Of a DNA stretch of 28,645 nt, positions 15,800 to 24,564 are shown piece by piece. A program made the translations under genes and the position numbers. Position 1 is the stretch's first letter; each line of letters starts with the position of its first letter. Origin of the DNA: a virus (Duplodnaviria; Caudoviricetes); the IMG/VR virus record IMGVR_UViG_3300017909_002071, positions 1 through 28,645 of that record, one strand, 5' to 3'. The notes under the pieces were generated by a model. It saw only the letters and a program-made list of their open reading frames with translations. It was not told the origin of the DNA and did no database searches.

Positions 15800-16581
15800 C
15801 AGAAGTTAAGACCGGGTGAGTTAGCAAGTTTGTCCATAACCTCTTGCCGGAAGGCAGGGTCACGGTCATAGCGAGGGTCGTTCATATCACGTACGACTTC
15901 CGCTTGGCTACGATAGCCACCAGATGCCTGAGCAGGTTTGCCTTGGATCATGTTGTTTTCGTAGCCCACGTTGTCTTTGTATTGTGATTGGAGACCCTGA
16001 AGCATCAAGTTAATTGTAGCAACATCACCACTTTCGATAACGTTGTCAAATGCTTCAACCATTGTAGGATCAAGATTTTCAGCAGCCCATGCAGTCATCT
16101 GTTGGTACTGCGTTTCACCACCAACGCTATCAAAGATAGCAGACACTTCACTGTCAGTCAGCTCTCGCCCTTCAACAGGGGAGCTATCTTCTAGAGTGCC
16201 TTGATACTTAAAATACGCATCAACAAGATCTTTACTATCCATTGCAGCGAGCTTTTCAATCGAAGCGTCGCTGAGTTGACCACCATCTGCCATTTCATCA
16301 TCAATGGAATCGAATAGGTCAAACGCTGGATTAGACTCAACCTCTGGTTCAGTTGTATTTTCTTGCGCGGATTCGGTTTGCTGATCATTTGATCCAAGTT
16401 TTTGTTGCAGCTCAATGTAAGCTTTTTCTAGATCCTGTGCACTTTTATACTTACCTGCCAGCAGGTTGTTTTGTGCATCTTCCATTGCCTGACCGACAGC
16501 AAGGGTCTCGGCGTCCCGTTCTTCAGCAATCTGAATTGCTTGGGGATCATTACTAGGATCGTAAGTGAGTAGTTCAGCCAT
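15799..16581 (-). CDS. Capsid assembly scaffolding protein (T7 gp9-like)
   Basis: 260 aa, acidic; LLAGKYKSAQDLEKAYIELQQKLG, VGGETQYQQMTAWA and DPRYDRDPAFRQEV motifs; follows the portal. Confidence 0.93.
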   Translation of the reverse strand: MAELLTYDPSNDPQAIQIAEERDAETLAVGQAMEDAQNNLLAGKYKSAQDLEKAYIELQQKLGSNDQQTESAQENTTEPEVESNPAFDLFDSIDDEMADGGQLSDASIEKLAAMDSKDLVDAYFKYQGTLEDSSPVEGRELTDSEVSAIFDSVGGETQYQQMTAWAAENLDPTMVEAFDNVIESGDVATINLMLQGLQSQYKDNVGYENNMIQGKPAQASGGYRSQAEVVRDMNDPRYDRDPAFRQEVMDKLANSPGLNF

Positions 16582-16587
16582 AGATTA

Positions 16588-18153
16588 TTATTCGGGTGAA
16601 ATTGCTTCAGCCATCACGGCTTCAGCGTTTGGGTTTTTAGATGGATCCATCATAGGCGTCTTTAACATTTGAGGTGCCTGCTGTAAAGCCATCATCTCTT
16701 GCTCTTGTTGAGCAGCAGCGTCAGCTTCGGCCTGCTGGTCTTCCATACTCTTGACCAGGTTGAGAACATCAATACCTTGTGCAGCAGCCAAACGTTTGAT
16801 AGCCTCGTCAGCATTGATGAACTTCATCAGCGCTTCAGGTCCAAGTGTTTGTGCAACAGTTGTAATGAATGCAGTTAAAGACTCACGATCTTGGCCACGG
16901 CCTAGTGCGTTGATACCTGCAACAATAGTGGGTCTTACCAGATCCTTAGGATACTTAGGCAGCTGACCGCTACGTGACAAGACCAACAGTTTACGGTTTA
17001 GGTAAGGAACCAGGAACTCAACAGTCAGCAAGCTGAACAGCCCACCAAGTTGTTGTTCAAGTTCCAGTTGTGTCAGTCGTACTTCCTCAGCTGTAGTGCG
17101 TTCTGATTGACGCACGTTTAACACAAGGAATGCTTCCAGCAAACGCCGTTCAAGATTCTGCATCATAGTCATAGCAGTCGAGAAGTCAGCAGTCTTACCT
17201 ACTTGGATAACACCGATGTCTTCAGGACGACCTTGAACGATTGCTCCGTTACCAGCCTGAGCGATTGTCTGAGGCTTGGTCATGGAGGAAGGGCTGACAA
17301 CAAACACCACCTTAGCGGCGCTTGCAGAGCCTTCTACCATAGCTTGTGACAGTGCGTTGAGTGACTTGAAATCACCCAAGAATTCTTCAACCCGTCCACG
17401 TCCGTAGTTCTCACCGTCAACAGAGTTGAACCGGAGAACCAACCAAGGGTTAGCATCTTTAGGTGCCTTACCATCAGTGTTGGGGATTGCTTTGTCAAAA
17501 GCTTCCTGGTGCCAGACCCAACGATTGTTGTCTAGCTTGACATGAGTATAAATCTCAACGTCATCAGTGTTGGAACCATAACGGCTAGTAACACTTTCTT
17601 TTGCTTTTAGTTCTTGGAACTCCTGAGGCAGGAGTTGTTTGTTAATAAGTTCTTTGGTTACGATCTCAATTATGTTACCGTTACCATCACGTTCTACAAC
17701 ATAACGATTGAGTGGGTAGTGCTTGATCCCATCCTTACCCATATACAACAGGGCGTTACCACCGACCACAAGATGCTTGATAGCTTGGTGTACGGCAACA
17801 CGATCACCAGATGCGGCAATCGAATCCATTACCATACGCTCCATCTTTGCAAAGCTAAGGTCAAGTTCAGATCGAATTTCAGCAGGCAGTTCGGTGCCTA
17901 GCTTGGAATCATCAATCTGAAGTTTGAAAAAGGTAGTCTGCGGCGGCAGCAACGCCAGCATCAGTTTAGATGCCAGAGTTACCACCGCTTTACTACCAAC
18001 ACTTTGCCAAGGTTGACGCAGGTTCTTGTGTGAAGGTCGCAGCTCATCACGTTGGATAAGATACGGTAGGGTCAGTTCAGAGCACTCAACAGCAATGTCA
18101 AGAAAATGATTACGGTAGCTGGTTAGATGATCATACCTGCTACGTGCGTGCAT
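16588..18153 (-). CDS. Portal / head-tail connector (T7 gp8-like)
   Basis: 521 aa; WQSVGSKAVVTLASKLMLALLPP, ENYGRGRVEE and ERTTAEEVR motifs. Confidence 0.97.
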   Translation of the reverse strand: MHARSRYDHLTSYRNHFLDIAVECSELTLPYLIQRDELRPSHKNLRQPWQSVGSKAVVTLASKLMLALLPPQTTFFKLQIDDSKLGTELPAEIRSELDLSFAKMERMVMDSIAASGDRVAVHQAIKHLVVGGNALLYMGKDGIKHYPLNRYVVERDGNGNIIEIVTKELINKQLLPQEFQELKAKESVTSRYGSNTDDVEIYTHVKLDNNRWVWHQEAFDKAIPNTDGKAPKDANPWLVLRFNSVDGENYGRGRVEEFLGDFKSLNALSQAMVEGSASAAKVVFVVSPSSMTKPQTIAQAGNGAIVQGRPEDIGVIQVGKTADFSTAMTMMQNLERRLLEAFLVLNVRQSERTTAEEVRLTQLELEQQLGGLFSLLTVEFLVPYLNRKLLVLSRSGQLPKYPKDLVRPTIVAGINALGRGQDRESLTAFITTVAQTLGPEALMKFINADEAIKRLAAAQGIDVLNLVKSMEDQQAEADAAAQQEQEMMALQQAPQMLKTPMMDPSKNPNAEAVMAEAISPE

Positions 18154-18497
18154 TAGCCTAAGTTAGTTGAAGTACCTTGTTCGTTCATTGCGATGCGAAG
18201 ACGGTCAAGACCTCGTGTGCCTTGTCCACGACGCTTACGCTTTTTACGTTGAATAGTAGTTGGACGTCGTTGCGTCAGGTTTTGAACATTAGCTGCCATG
18301 GTTGCTTCCATAGCTTGAGCTTGCTGCTCATTGCGTGCTTGAATCTGTGAAATCCGTTGCTGGTTTGCAGATTCTTGAGCCATCATATCACGACGAGCAC
18401 GCTCGGCATCGCGCCGTGCCCGTTCTTCAGCTTCACGACGTGCGCGTGCTTCCCGCCGCCGTGCCCGGCGAGCGGCGCCACCATCTCCTCTACTCAT
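18153..18497 (-). CDS. Hypothetical Arg-rich protein upstream of the portal (gp6.7/gp7.3 position)
   Basis: 114 aa; Arg/Glu/Ala helical N-terminus and basic C-terminus RKKRKRRGQGTRGLDRLRI; TAATG coupling to the portal. Confidence 0.7.
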   Translation of the reverse strand: MSRGDGGAARRARRREARARREAEERARRDAERARRDMMAQESANQQRISQIQARNEQQAQAMEATMAANVQNLTQRRPTTIQRKKRKRRGQGTRGLDRLRIAMNEQGTSTNLG

Positions 18498-18500
18498 TTT

Positions 18501-18692
18501 TTAAAGTTCCTCGTTTTGAATACGTGAGTTGATCCAGTCCACAACACTACGCTGACCTGCTTGATACATGATCGTGGTGATACTTGTATCTGGACTGGGA
18601 TTGGTCAGCCGAAATCTATCTTCTAGTTCATTGACTAGAGCATCCACAGTTAAGCCGATGTTAAGCGTACTGTGGGAGGTTTGTATTTGCAT
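18501..18692 (-). CDS. Conserved-type hypothetical protein (63 aa)
   Basis: From ATG 18692: MQIQTSHSTLN...LVNELEDRF...IMYQAGQRSVVDWI, resembling the small gene found before the portal in T7-like phages. Confidence 0.7.
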   Translation of the reverse strand: MQIQTSHSTLNIGLTVDALVNELEDRFRLTNPSPDTSITTIMYQAGQRSVVDWINSRIQNEEL

Positions 18693-19377
18693 GTTCAAAG
18701 AAAGCAGGCATACGAGCTGCACGGGTGGCAGACAGTTCGGGCGCTTTGCCCTCATACATTAGTCGATCACTAGAATCGACCCAAAATTTTTTGTCCAAAT
18801 ATTTATCGGATGCACCAACCTTGAGCGGCTGCATGACCCAGTTAATTGTAGCCTTCCTCAGTCTATCCAGGGACGGCGAGATCTCAAGCCCCAACTCTTT
18901 GCATACGAGAGAGTTACATGCCACATGGATTTGTTCGTCTCGTGAGATGTCCGCTGAGACTGTTCGCATACCAGCGTCACCACAAAAACGAAAGAAGGGT
19001 AGTAGAACAAAGAAGATCGCACGCTCGGCAACCATTGCTTTGGTGATCGTGTGATCAGGATGCTCAATCCACGCTTTCTGGAGCGCCAGCGCTTCCTTCT
19101 CAGCTTTGGAATCAGTGCCGTAAGAGTTGGCAATGTAACCCAAAGCCACGTCGTGGTTTTCTTCGTCTTTGACGTTTGTTTCGAGGAGCGTGCGAGCCGC
19201 AGCAGGGACATTCTTTTCTAGAGCATCAGTAATAAAGTCTCCGACAGGAAGTTCCATGTGTCGGAGTGCGAGAGCACGGAAGATTGTTTCCTCCGCACCC
19301 TCTTTGCAGACACCAGCTGTAGTTTGCACTGGTGACCACTTGCGCTTACGCGCCATTAGTTTTTCATAAGGGTTCAT
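18661..19377 (-). CDS. nrdB: Ferritin-like protein, probable class I ribonucleotide reductase beta subunit
   Basis: 238 aa; dimetal ligands E (MELPVG), DEENH, E (MVAER), DEQIH; C-terminal Tyr (LPQYA); 4-nt overlap with the alpha gene. Confidence 0.75.
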   Translation of the reverse strand: MNPYEKLMARKRKWSPVQTTAGVCKEGAEETIFRALALRHMELPVGDFITDALEKNVPAAARTLLETNVKDEENHDVALGYIANSYGTDSKAEKEALALQKAWIEHPDHTITKAMVAERAIFFVLLPFFRFCGDAGMRTVSADISRDEQIHVACNSLVCKELGLEISPSLDRLRKATINWVMQPLKVGASDKYLDKKFWVDSSDRLMYEGKAPELSATRAARMPAFFEHANTNLPQYA

Positions 19378-20750
19378 TCTTGACAGTCACATTCGAGTTC
19401 TTTATTTAGTATGTCTGCAAGAAGGTCATCGGCATCATCTTGAAGTGCTGCATATACATCAGACTTATCTTGAGTATCACCCATGACTTGCAAACTGTAG
19501 TAAAGGGAGGTTTGCGGAGATTCCAACCACTCTTCGATAAAGGCTTCGTCATATGTGACGACATCACTCCAACTGTTGAAGCTATACCCGTGAAGAAGTC
19601 CCGTACGGTTGAACAACCGCATGATGCCATCAGCAACACGCTTGTAATTGTCCCAACCAACTTCTGAAGCGATTTCTACATCGCCATAATTAAATGTTTC
19701 GACACCGAACGTACCGCTATCTCGGTCAACCGTACGGCTGATAGGCGGTGCGATCTCTGGGGTACAAGTGTACCCATCTAAGTCTTTGCTGCGATAGCTG
19801 CAGGATGCAGTAGGTGCGATAGCAAAGGCACGTACCATATTGTTTGCACGTGCAATACTAGCAGCTAGGTCAATTCCCAAGCCAAGCTGTACAACCAGCT
19901 CGAAGGCAGGAGTCTTCACCATCTCACCGTCCAGGTACTGCTCCAAGGCAACACCAAACTGTTCGTAGCTTACTCCGTACCGCCGAAGAAGGTTAGCAAG
20001 TCCGAGTACTCCAAGTCCCACCTGTCGATCGGTTGCAGCTGGGAGGTATTCGCCAGTTGATCCAACACCTGTTTTGCCATGGAGATCGCACAGCTGGGAC
20101 ATGCCTTCACTAAATGCTTTTGGGATGTCGTCGAACTCACAGGCACCGAGATTGATATGCTGCAGGAGGCAGGTTCCACGTGAGGGCAAGTACACTTCGA
20201 GGCATACATTTCCTCGGATTCGTTTGTCATTTGCATCGTACTTTACTTTGTTGAGCCAGATGTCACCGGACTTAATTCCGTGGAGTAGTTCCTCCTTAAA
20301 CGTACACCCCTCCCACCATTCGGGGGTGATGTTGATGCATCTCTTGACCCAAGGTAGCTCGGATCGAGAAGCGCGAATAAAGTCAAGAGCATCAGGGTGG
20401 GATAGATCAAGGTGAAGAACAATCGCACCGTTGCGATAGGTGCCGCCACGCCTAAGGATTTCATTTAGCGTTGAGAAGATTTTGCCAAAGGAAACAGGTC
20501 CGCTTGCAACAAGCTTGTCATCTCCTTTAACTGTTTCTGTGCCCTTGGGTCGCAGTTTTGATAGGTGAATCGCAACGCCCGCTCCGTTTCGCAGAGCATG
20601 GCTAGCAAACCTCCAGCTGGCTTCGATTCCATCTGGTCCCTCCATCGAATCTTCGACTACAAAGACTGTGCATGATACTGGAAGCCGTGACTCAGGGTTG
20701 TCGAGCCACGATTGTACACGTCCAGTGCGTGAAATATACGAGGTGGTCAT
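19374..20750 (-). CDS. nrdA: Ribonucleotide reductase catalytic (alpha) subunit, minimal form
   Basis: 458 aa; VSC, NVCLE (NxCxE), GTCLL, IAPTASCS, SLYY and C-terminal CDC; no room for an ATP cone. Confidence 0.9.
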   Translation of the reverse strand: MTTSYISRTGRVQSWLDNPESRLPVSCTVFVVEDSMEGPDGIEASWRFASHALRNGAGVAIHLSKLRPKGTETVKGDDKLVASGPVSFGKIFSTLNEILRRGGTYRNGAIVLHLDLSHPDALDFIRASRSELPWVKRCINITPEWWEGCTFKEELLHGIKSGDIWLNKVKYDANDKRIRGNVCLEVYLPSRGTCLLQHINLGACEFDDIPKAFSEGMSQLCDLHGKTGVGSTGEYLPAATDRQVGLGVLGLANLLRRYGVSYEQFGVALEQYLDGEMVKTPAFELVVQLGLGIDLAASIARANNMVRAFAIAPTASCSYRSKDLDGYTCTPEIAPPISRTVDRDSGTFGVETFNYGDVEIASEVGWDNYKRVADGIMRLFNRTGLLHGYSFNSWSDVVTYDEAFIEEWLESPQTSLYYSLQVMGDTQDKSDVYAALQDDADDLLADILNKELECDCQE

Positions 20751-21118
20751 TTAAGAATTAGATCGTTCAATGTAGGTGGTTTGTAATTCGGTCCCTTCAG
20801 AACCTTACCGTCTTCTCGGTAGATAGGTTTACCATCTTCACCAAGCTTAGACATATTAGAAGCGTGTACTCGGTGCATAGCTTCATCGAGATCCCACTCT
20901 TGAGAAGAAGCAAACTGATAGCACACGTAAACTAGATCAGCAAGTTCTTTAAGTTGTTCACACTCATCTTTTAGATGGTAAGCTTCATGGAACTCTGACC
21001 ATTCCTCATCGATCAAAGCTTTCTGTGTAGTCCGATGGTCCTTCCCAGTCTTCAGTGAATAGGCGGAGCGGAACTGTTCCGCTTGATCCATCAGACTCGT
21101 GTGTATGTAGGAGTTCAT
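20747..21118 (-). CDS. MazG-like / PRA-PH-like nucleotide pyrophosphohydrolase
   Basis: LIDEEWSEF, LKELADLVYV, VHASNMSK and DGKVLKGPNY motifs; start uncertain (21118 or 21091). Confidence 0.88.
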   Translation of the reverse strand: MNSYIHTSLMDQAEQFRSAYSLKTGKDHRTTQKALIDEEWSEFHEAYHLKDECEQLKELADLVYVCYQFASSQEWDLDEAMHRVHASNMSKLGEDGKPIYREDGKVLKGPNYKPPTLNDLILK

Positions 21119-21287
21119 TTTCAAGATAGTGGATAGCTTTTTTAAGATCATCTACCTTGCTGTCTTTGTATCCAGCGCGGCAAATGTATTTAATTGCATT
21201 GCCAAGGTGGTAGTTGAGCTGCTGATCTCTAATGAAATCCCAGACCTCTATGTTTCCTCGGGTGTAGTGTGGTGGGGAGTTGGCCAC
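21006..21287 (-). CDS. DUF3310 protein (T7 gp1.7-like nucleotide kinase family)
   Basis: PPHY, GNAIKYICRAGYK and DLKKAIHYL motifs. Confidence 0.85.
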   Translation of the reverse strand: MANSPPHYTRGNIEVWDFIRDQQLNYHLGNAIKYICRAGYKDSKVDDLKKAIHYLENELLHTHESDGSSGTVPLRLFTEDWEGPSDYTESFDR

Positions 21288-21487
21288 TGTTTGACTAGGT
21301 TTGATACGGTGTTGCTGAGGCAGAAGTTTTGCCGTTGCAGTGCAAGAAATAATGTAATGATGTCTGCTTTATCTGCCTGAGGGAGCAGATCCTCAAGCCG
21401 TCTTATCTTGAAGCTCTGCTCTATCGTCAGATCCAACACTGGCATCGGTAGGATTCCAGGGTATGACGGTTTTTGTTGTTGCGTCAT
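21248..21487 (-). CDS. nblA: NblA-like phycobilisome degradation adaptor
   Basis: LDLTIEQSFKIR...IITLFLALQRQNFCLSNTVSNLVKQW matches the NblA pattern L(S/T)xEQxF...LxxQ...LxKxW; start at 21487 or 21445. Confidence 0.78.
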   Translation of the reverse strand: MTQQQKPSYPGILPMPVLDLTIEQSFKIRRLEDLLPQADKADIITLFLALQRQNFCLSNTVSNLVKQWPTPHHTTPEET

Positions 21488-22163
21488 AATTTTCTTGTGT
21501 GAGAATTCGTGCGAGTCTTGCATTGGTAAGGGCTACCTCCTCGTCTAAGTCTTTGGAAGCAAAAGCTTTGACAACAGTATCCCATGTGTAACCGTCTTCC
21601 TCAAACAAAGAGACCGCACGTTTGACACCGATGCCAGGTACACCACTGTAACCATCAGTCTGATCACCTGCAAGTGTTTGAATAAGATGCCATTGCATAC
21701 CCTGTTCAGGAGTAATGTCAAGAACCTCATCCATGTTAAACAACTTACCAGGTATCTGTCTCATGTCCTTGTCTGGCGAGACTATGATGTTACCGGGGTT
21801 AGCCGTAGCATAAATACCCATAGCATCATCAGCCTCAAGCTCAGGCAAGATGATGACTTCATACTGCTGTTTAAGTGCAGAAATTACCCGGCGATAACCA
21901 CAAGGCTTCTTTCTATTTCGATGCCCTTTGTAATCCGGGTAAATTTTTTTCCTGAAATTTTTAGAGTCGCTGAAGAACAGCACCAGTTCTGGTGTGTCCC
22001 ACATGAAGTTGTTTTTAATCTTTGACAGCTCACGCTGTACGTTTGATAATGCTTCGGAAAATTTACTGATGACAAGGATCACATCCTCGCCAAAATCAAT
22101 CTCATCTTCAGCACCGGCGCAGGACTTGTAAACTATGTAGTCTGCGTCAATTAGTAGTTTCAT
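21393..22163 (-). CDS. 5'-3' exonuclease (T7 gp6-like)
   Basis: From ATG 22163: MKLLIDADYIVY, NFRK, YKGHR, LEADD, SPDKD and GDQTDGYSGVPGIG motifs. Confidence 0.95.
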   Translation of the reverse strand: MKLLIDADYIVYKSCAGAEDEIDFGEDVILVISKFSEALSNVQRELSKIKNNFMWDTPELVLFFSDSKNFRKKIYPDYKGHRNRKKPCGYRRVISALKQQYEVIILPELEADDAMGIYATANPGNIIVSPDKDMRQIPGKLFNMDEVLDITPEQGMQWHLIQTLAGDQTDGYSGVPGIGVKRAVSLFEEDGYTWDTVVKAFASKDLDEEVALTNARLARILTQENYDATTKTVIPWNPTDASVGSDDRAELQDKTA

Positions 22164-22765
22164 AATGTTCAATAGCCTCATCGGCTGTGGCGAAGCCAAT
22201 TTGAGGGAACGGTTTGAGGCCAATATCCTTCCCTGGTTTGTCTAGATAAACTCTAGCCATTTCAAATACATCCTCAAGCGAGCAGTCAGCTTCTTTCATG
22301 ATGGACTTAAGTGCGCCTTCTAAGCGATTAGCTGCTGACCAAATATGACCACGGTACAACAATGTGTCATGACAATGATCACCAACAGGTCGTGTTTCTG
22401 CTGTATTACCGAATGGTAACCCAGTGAACGCACAGGTGTCGGTTTGGTGTGGCTTCATAGCGTGATAGTTGTGGGAAAAAAGGTTGCTGCAGTTGCGGTG
22501 CTGACGTCTCTGCTTTCCTATAAAATTATCCTTAGAATCGTAACCTTTGCACCGTAAACACTTACCAACTAAAGGAGATACTAACGCTTTAGCTTTTATA
22601 GAGGGATCTTTTTGTTTACCAATGATCCTTGAATTTTTACTTTGAATTGATGAGCATTCTTTGTGGCAATAGTATCCATTACGTTGGTTGTAATACATTG
22701 CAGATGAATGATCCCAACGTTTACAGTAAGCACACTTTTTAACGTCGTCAATTAACAAGTTCATA
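22145..22765. repeat. Imperfect 20-bp direct repeats flanking the endonuclease gene
   Basis: Minus strand TATGAACTTGTTAATTGACG (22746-22765) vs TATGAAACTACTAATTGACG (22145-22164), 16/20 identical. Confidence 0.65.
22147..22764 (-). CDS. Endonuclease VII-like (His-Me finger) free-standing endonuclease, probably mobile
   Basis: 205 aa; DHCHDTLLYRGHIWSAANRLEG resembles the EndoVII core DHxH...RG...NxxEG; N-terminal CAYC, CHKEC and CLRC. Confidence 0.72.
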   Translation of the reverse strand: MNLLIDDVKKCAYCKRWDHSSAMYYNQRNGYYCHKECSSIQSKNSRIIGKQKDPSIKAKALVSPLVGKCLRCKGYDSKDNFIGKQRRQHRNCSNLFSHNYHAMKPHQTDTCAFTGLPFGNTAETRPVGDHCHDTLLYRGHIWSAANRLEGALKSIMKEADCSLEDVFEMARVYLDKPGKDIGLKPFPQIGFATADEAIEHYETTN

Positions 22766-23290
22766 GGTGGCTACAATAATTACCCTACCACCGGTTTTAG
22801 GTGGGTGAATGTAATGAAGTGATTGACCAGGAAAGCAAATAATATCGTCTTCCTTTGGTTCATAAACCTCGTCCCCAACAACAGTTGCACCACCCTTATC
22901 GGTCAGGTAGATTAACATGTTTTCATGGGGAAACTGATGATCTACATGAGGTTCAGATGGGATCATCTTTTCCGTTGGGAAAGTGACGTTCGCATTGATA
23001 CGATGAAAGCACTTGACTGGTGTTTTACCGTTGAGTGCCAGTATTTCCATGAGCAGATTTACAACCATCGGTAAAAACTCTGAGCTTTGCACTGAAAACC
23101 CATACATTTCAGGTCTTGTGAGTAAAGCGTGCGAAAGAAAAGGAATAAACTCATGTCCCACCTTAACACTTTTTGGATCACCATACTTTCCACCAGACAT
23201 ATTATTAGTCCAGGAAACCATGGAGCCGGTAAAAAGATCTTTCACATCCTCATACTGTCTGCTGAAGGGGTTTTTAAGCTTTGTTATCAT
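22748..23290 (-). CDS. 2OG-Fe(II) oxygenase superfamily protein
   Basis: From ATG 23290 (TGATG overlap with the polymerase stop), 180 aa; PHVDH (HxD), LIYL, distal His (SLHY) and Arg (GGRVII). Confidence 0.8.
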   Translation of the reverse strand: MITKLKNPFSRQYEDVKDLFTGSMVSWTNNMSGGKYGDPKSVKVGHEFIPFLSHALLTRPEMYGFSVQSSEFLPMVVNLLMEILALNGKTPVKCFHRINANVTFPTEKMIPSEPHVDHQFPHENMLIYLTDKGGATVVGDEVYEPKEDDIICFPGQSLHYIHPPKTGGRVIIVATYELVN

Positions 23291-24564
23291 CAATGGACCT
23301 CCGACCAATCACGTCCTTGTTTTGCTTCTGCACTGATTGGGAGGCGTAGTGAATAGTACTTTCCAGCCGCTTCAGCGCTTTGTACCAGGGATGCTGATAA
23401 AGCGTCGGCGTGTGTGGGGTCGCACTCGAATTGTAATTCGTCATGTATAAAGGCGAGCTGTGAGCAGCACAACTCTTGAGTGTTTGCATGGTTGATGACC
23501 ATCCAGCGCTTTGCAACAATACCTGCACCTGATTGTAGCAGGTAGTTCAATGCTTTGTGCGGACTGTCAACTTTGATCTTTCGTGTATCTACTGATCGAA
23601 CATAGCCCTTCTCAGACGCTGTTTTGATAGCCTCCAGAAGTTGGGCAAGCCCGTCAATAGCTTCCACAAACGCTGTGCGTATTTCTTTACCTTTGGATTT
23701 AGCTCTAGTTGGGCTGAGAGAGGAGTCATAACTTAATCCAATTTTGGCATCGCCGGCACCATAGAGGAAGGCGTAGGTAACGGTTTTGACAGCCCTTCTG
23801 GAGATGCCAACTTTGTCGGCATTGACTTGGTGAATGTCGCCATTGAGGAGAATATCTGCGTAGCAACCCCCGTCATAGCGTGCAAGATAATGAGCGAGCA
23901 TCCTAAGTTCAATGCCTGCAAGATCAGCACCAACCATAATTTGCCCTGGGGTCGGTTGGAATAGTTTTCTGAATTGTGGGTCACTTTTAACTTGTCCGAG
24001 GTTAGGGTTACGGTGTGCACATCTGTGTGTGTTAGTTGCGACGGAACAGTGATGGTGAATTCGTTTAGCATTCGTACATAGCTTCAGCCATGCGTTCGTG
24101 CCTTCCGAGATCATCCCCAAGCTCTTGGTAATATCGAGACACTTCAAGAAGTCCTCGGCTATCGTAATCCCAGCGCAAGCAGCCTCCTTCAAGATAACTT
24201 CGTCGATGATCGGCTTCCCAGTAGGAGTCAACTCCGTCGGCTTCCAGCCATGATATGTTTGCAGGATCCATGATATATGGTCACGTGATGTGGGATTGAG
24301 ATCTTTTAAGCGTGTGAATGGAGCGCCTTCGACATAGCCTTGGGTCCGATTATTTCGTTTAGGAGTAAATAATGATCCGGCAACGAAAGGGTGCCTGTCG
24401 CGTAGTAGTTGATAAGTTTTTTCAAGTTCGGTTCTGAGAGTCGATGCAAGTTGCCATGCAGCGCGGTCATCAAAATACCATCCATGAAGTTCCTGTTGCG
24501 TAAGAATGTTTGCAACCTGATGTTCTAGCGCGACCCACTCAGGTAGGGGTGGAAGTGATCGCAT
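23290..24564 (-). CDS. DNA polymerase family A, polymerase domain (C-terminal part of T7 gp5-like)
   Basis: 424 aa; motif A GADLAGIELRMLAHY, motif B KTVTYAFLYG (Tyr at the T7 Y526 position), motif C IHDE; thioredoxin-binding insert much shortened. Confidence 0.95.
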   Translation of the reverse strand: MRSLPPLPEWVALEHQVANILTQQELHGWYFDDRAAWQLASTLRTELEKTYQLLRDRHPFVAGSLFTPKRNNRTQGYVEGAPFTRLKDLNPTSRDHISWILQTYHGWKPTELTPTGKPIIDEVILKEAACAGITIAEDFLKCLDITKSLGMISEGTNAWLKLCTNAKRIHHHCSVATNTHRCAHRNPNLGQVKSDPQFRKLFQPTPGQIMVGADLAGIELRMLAHYLARYDGGCYADILLNGDIHQVNADKVGISRRAVKTVTYAFLYGAGDAKIGLSYDSSLSPTRAKSKGKEIRTAFVEAIDGLAQLLEAIKTASEKGYVRSVDTRKIKVDSPHKALNYLLQSGAGIVAKRWMVINHANTQELCCSQLAFIHDELQFECDPTHADALSASLVQSAEAAGKYYSLRLPISAEAKQGRDWSEVH

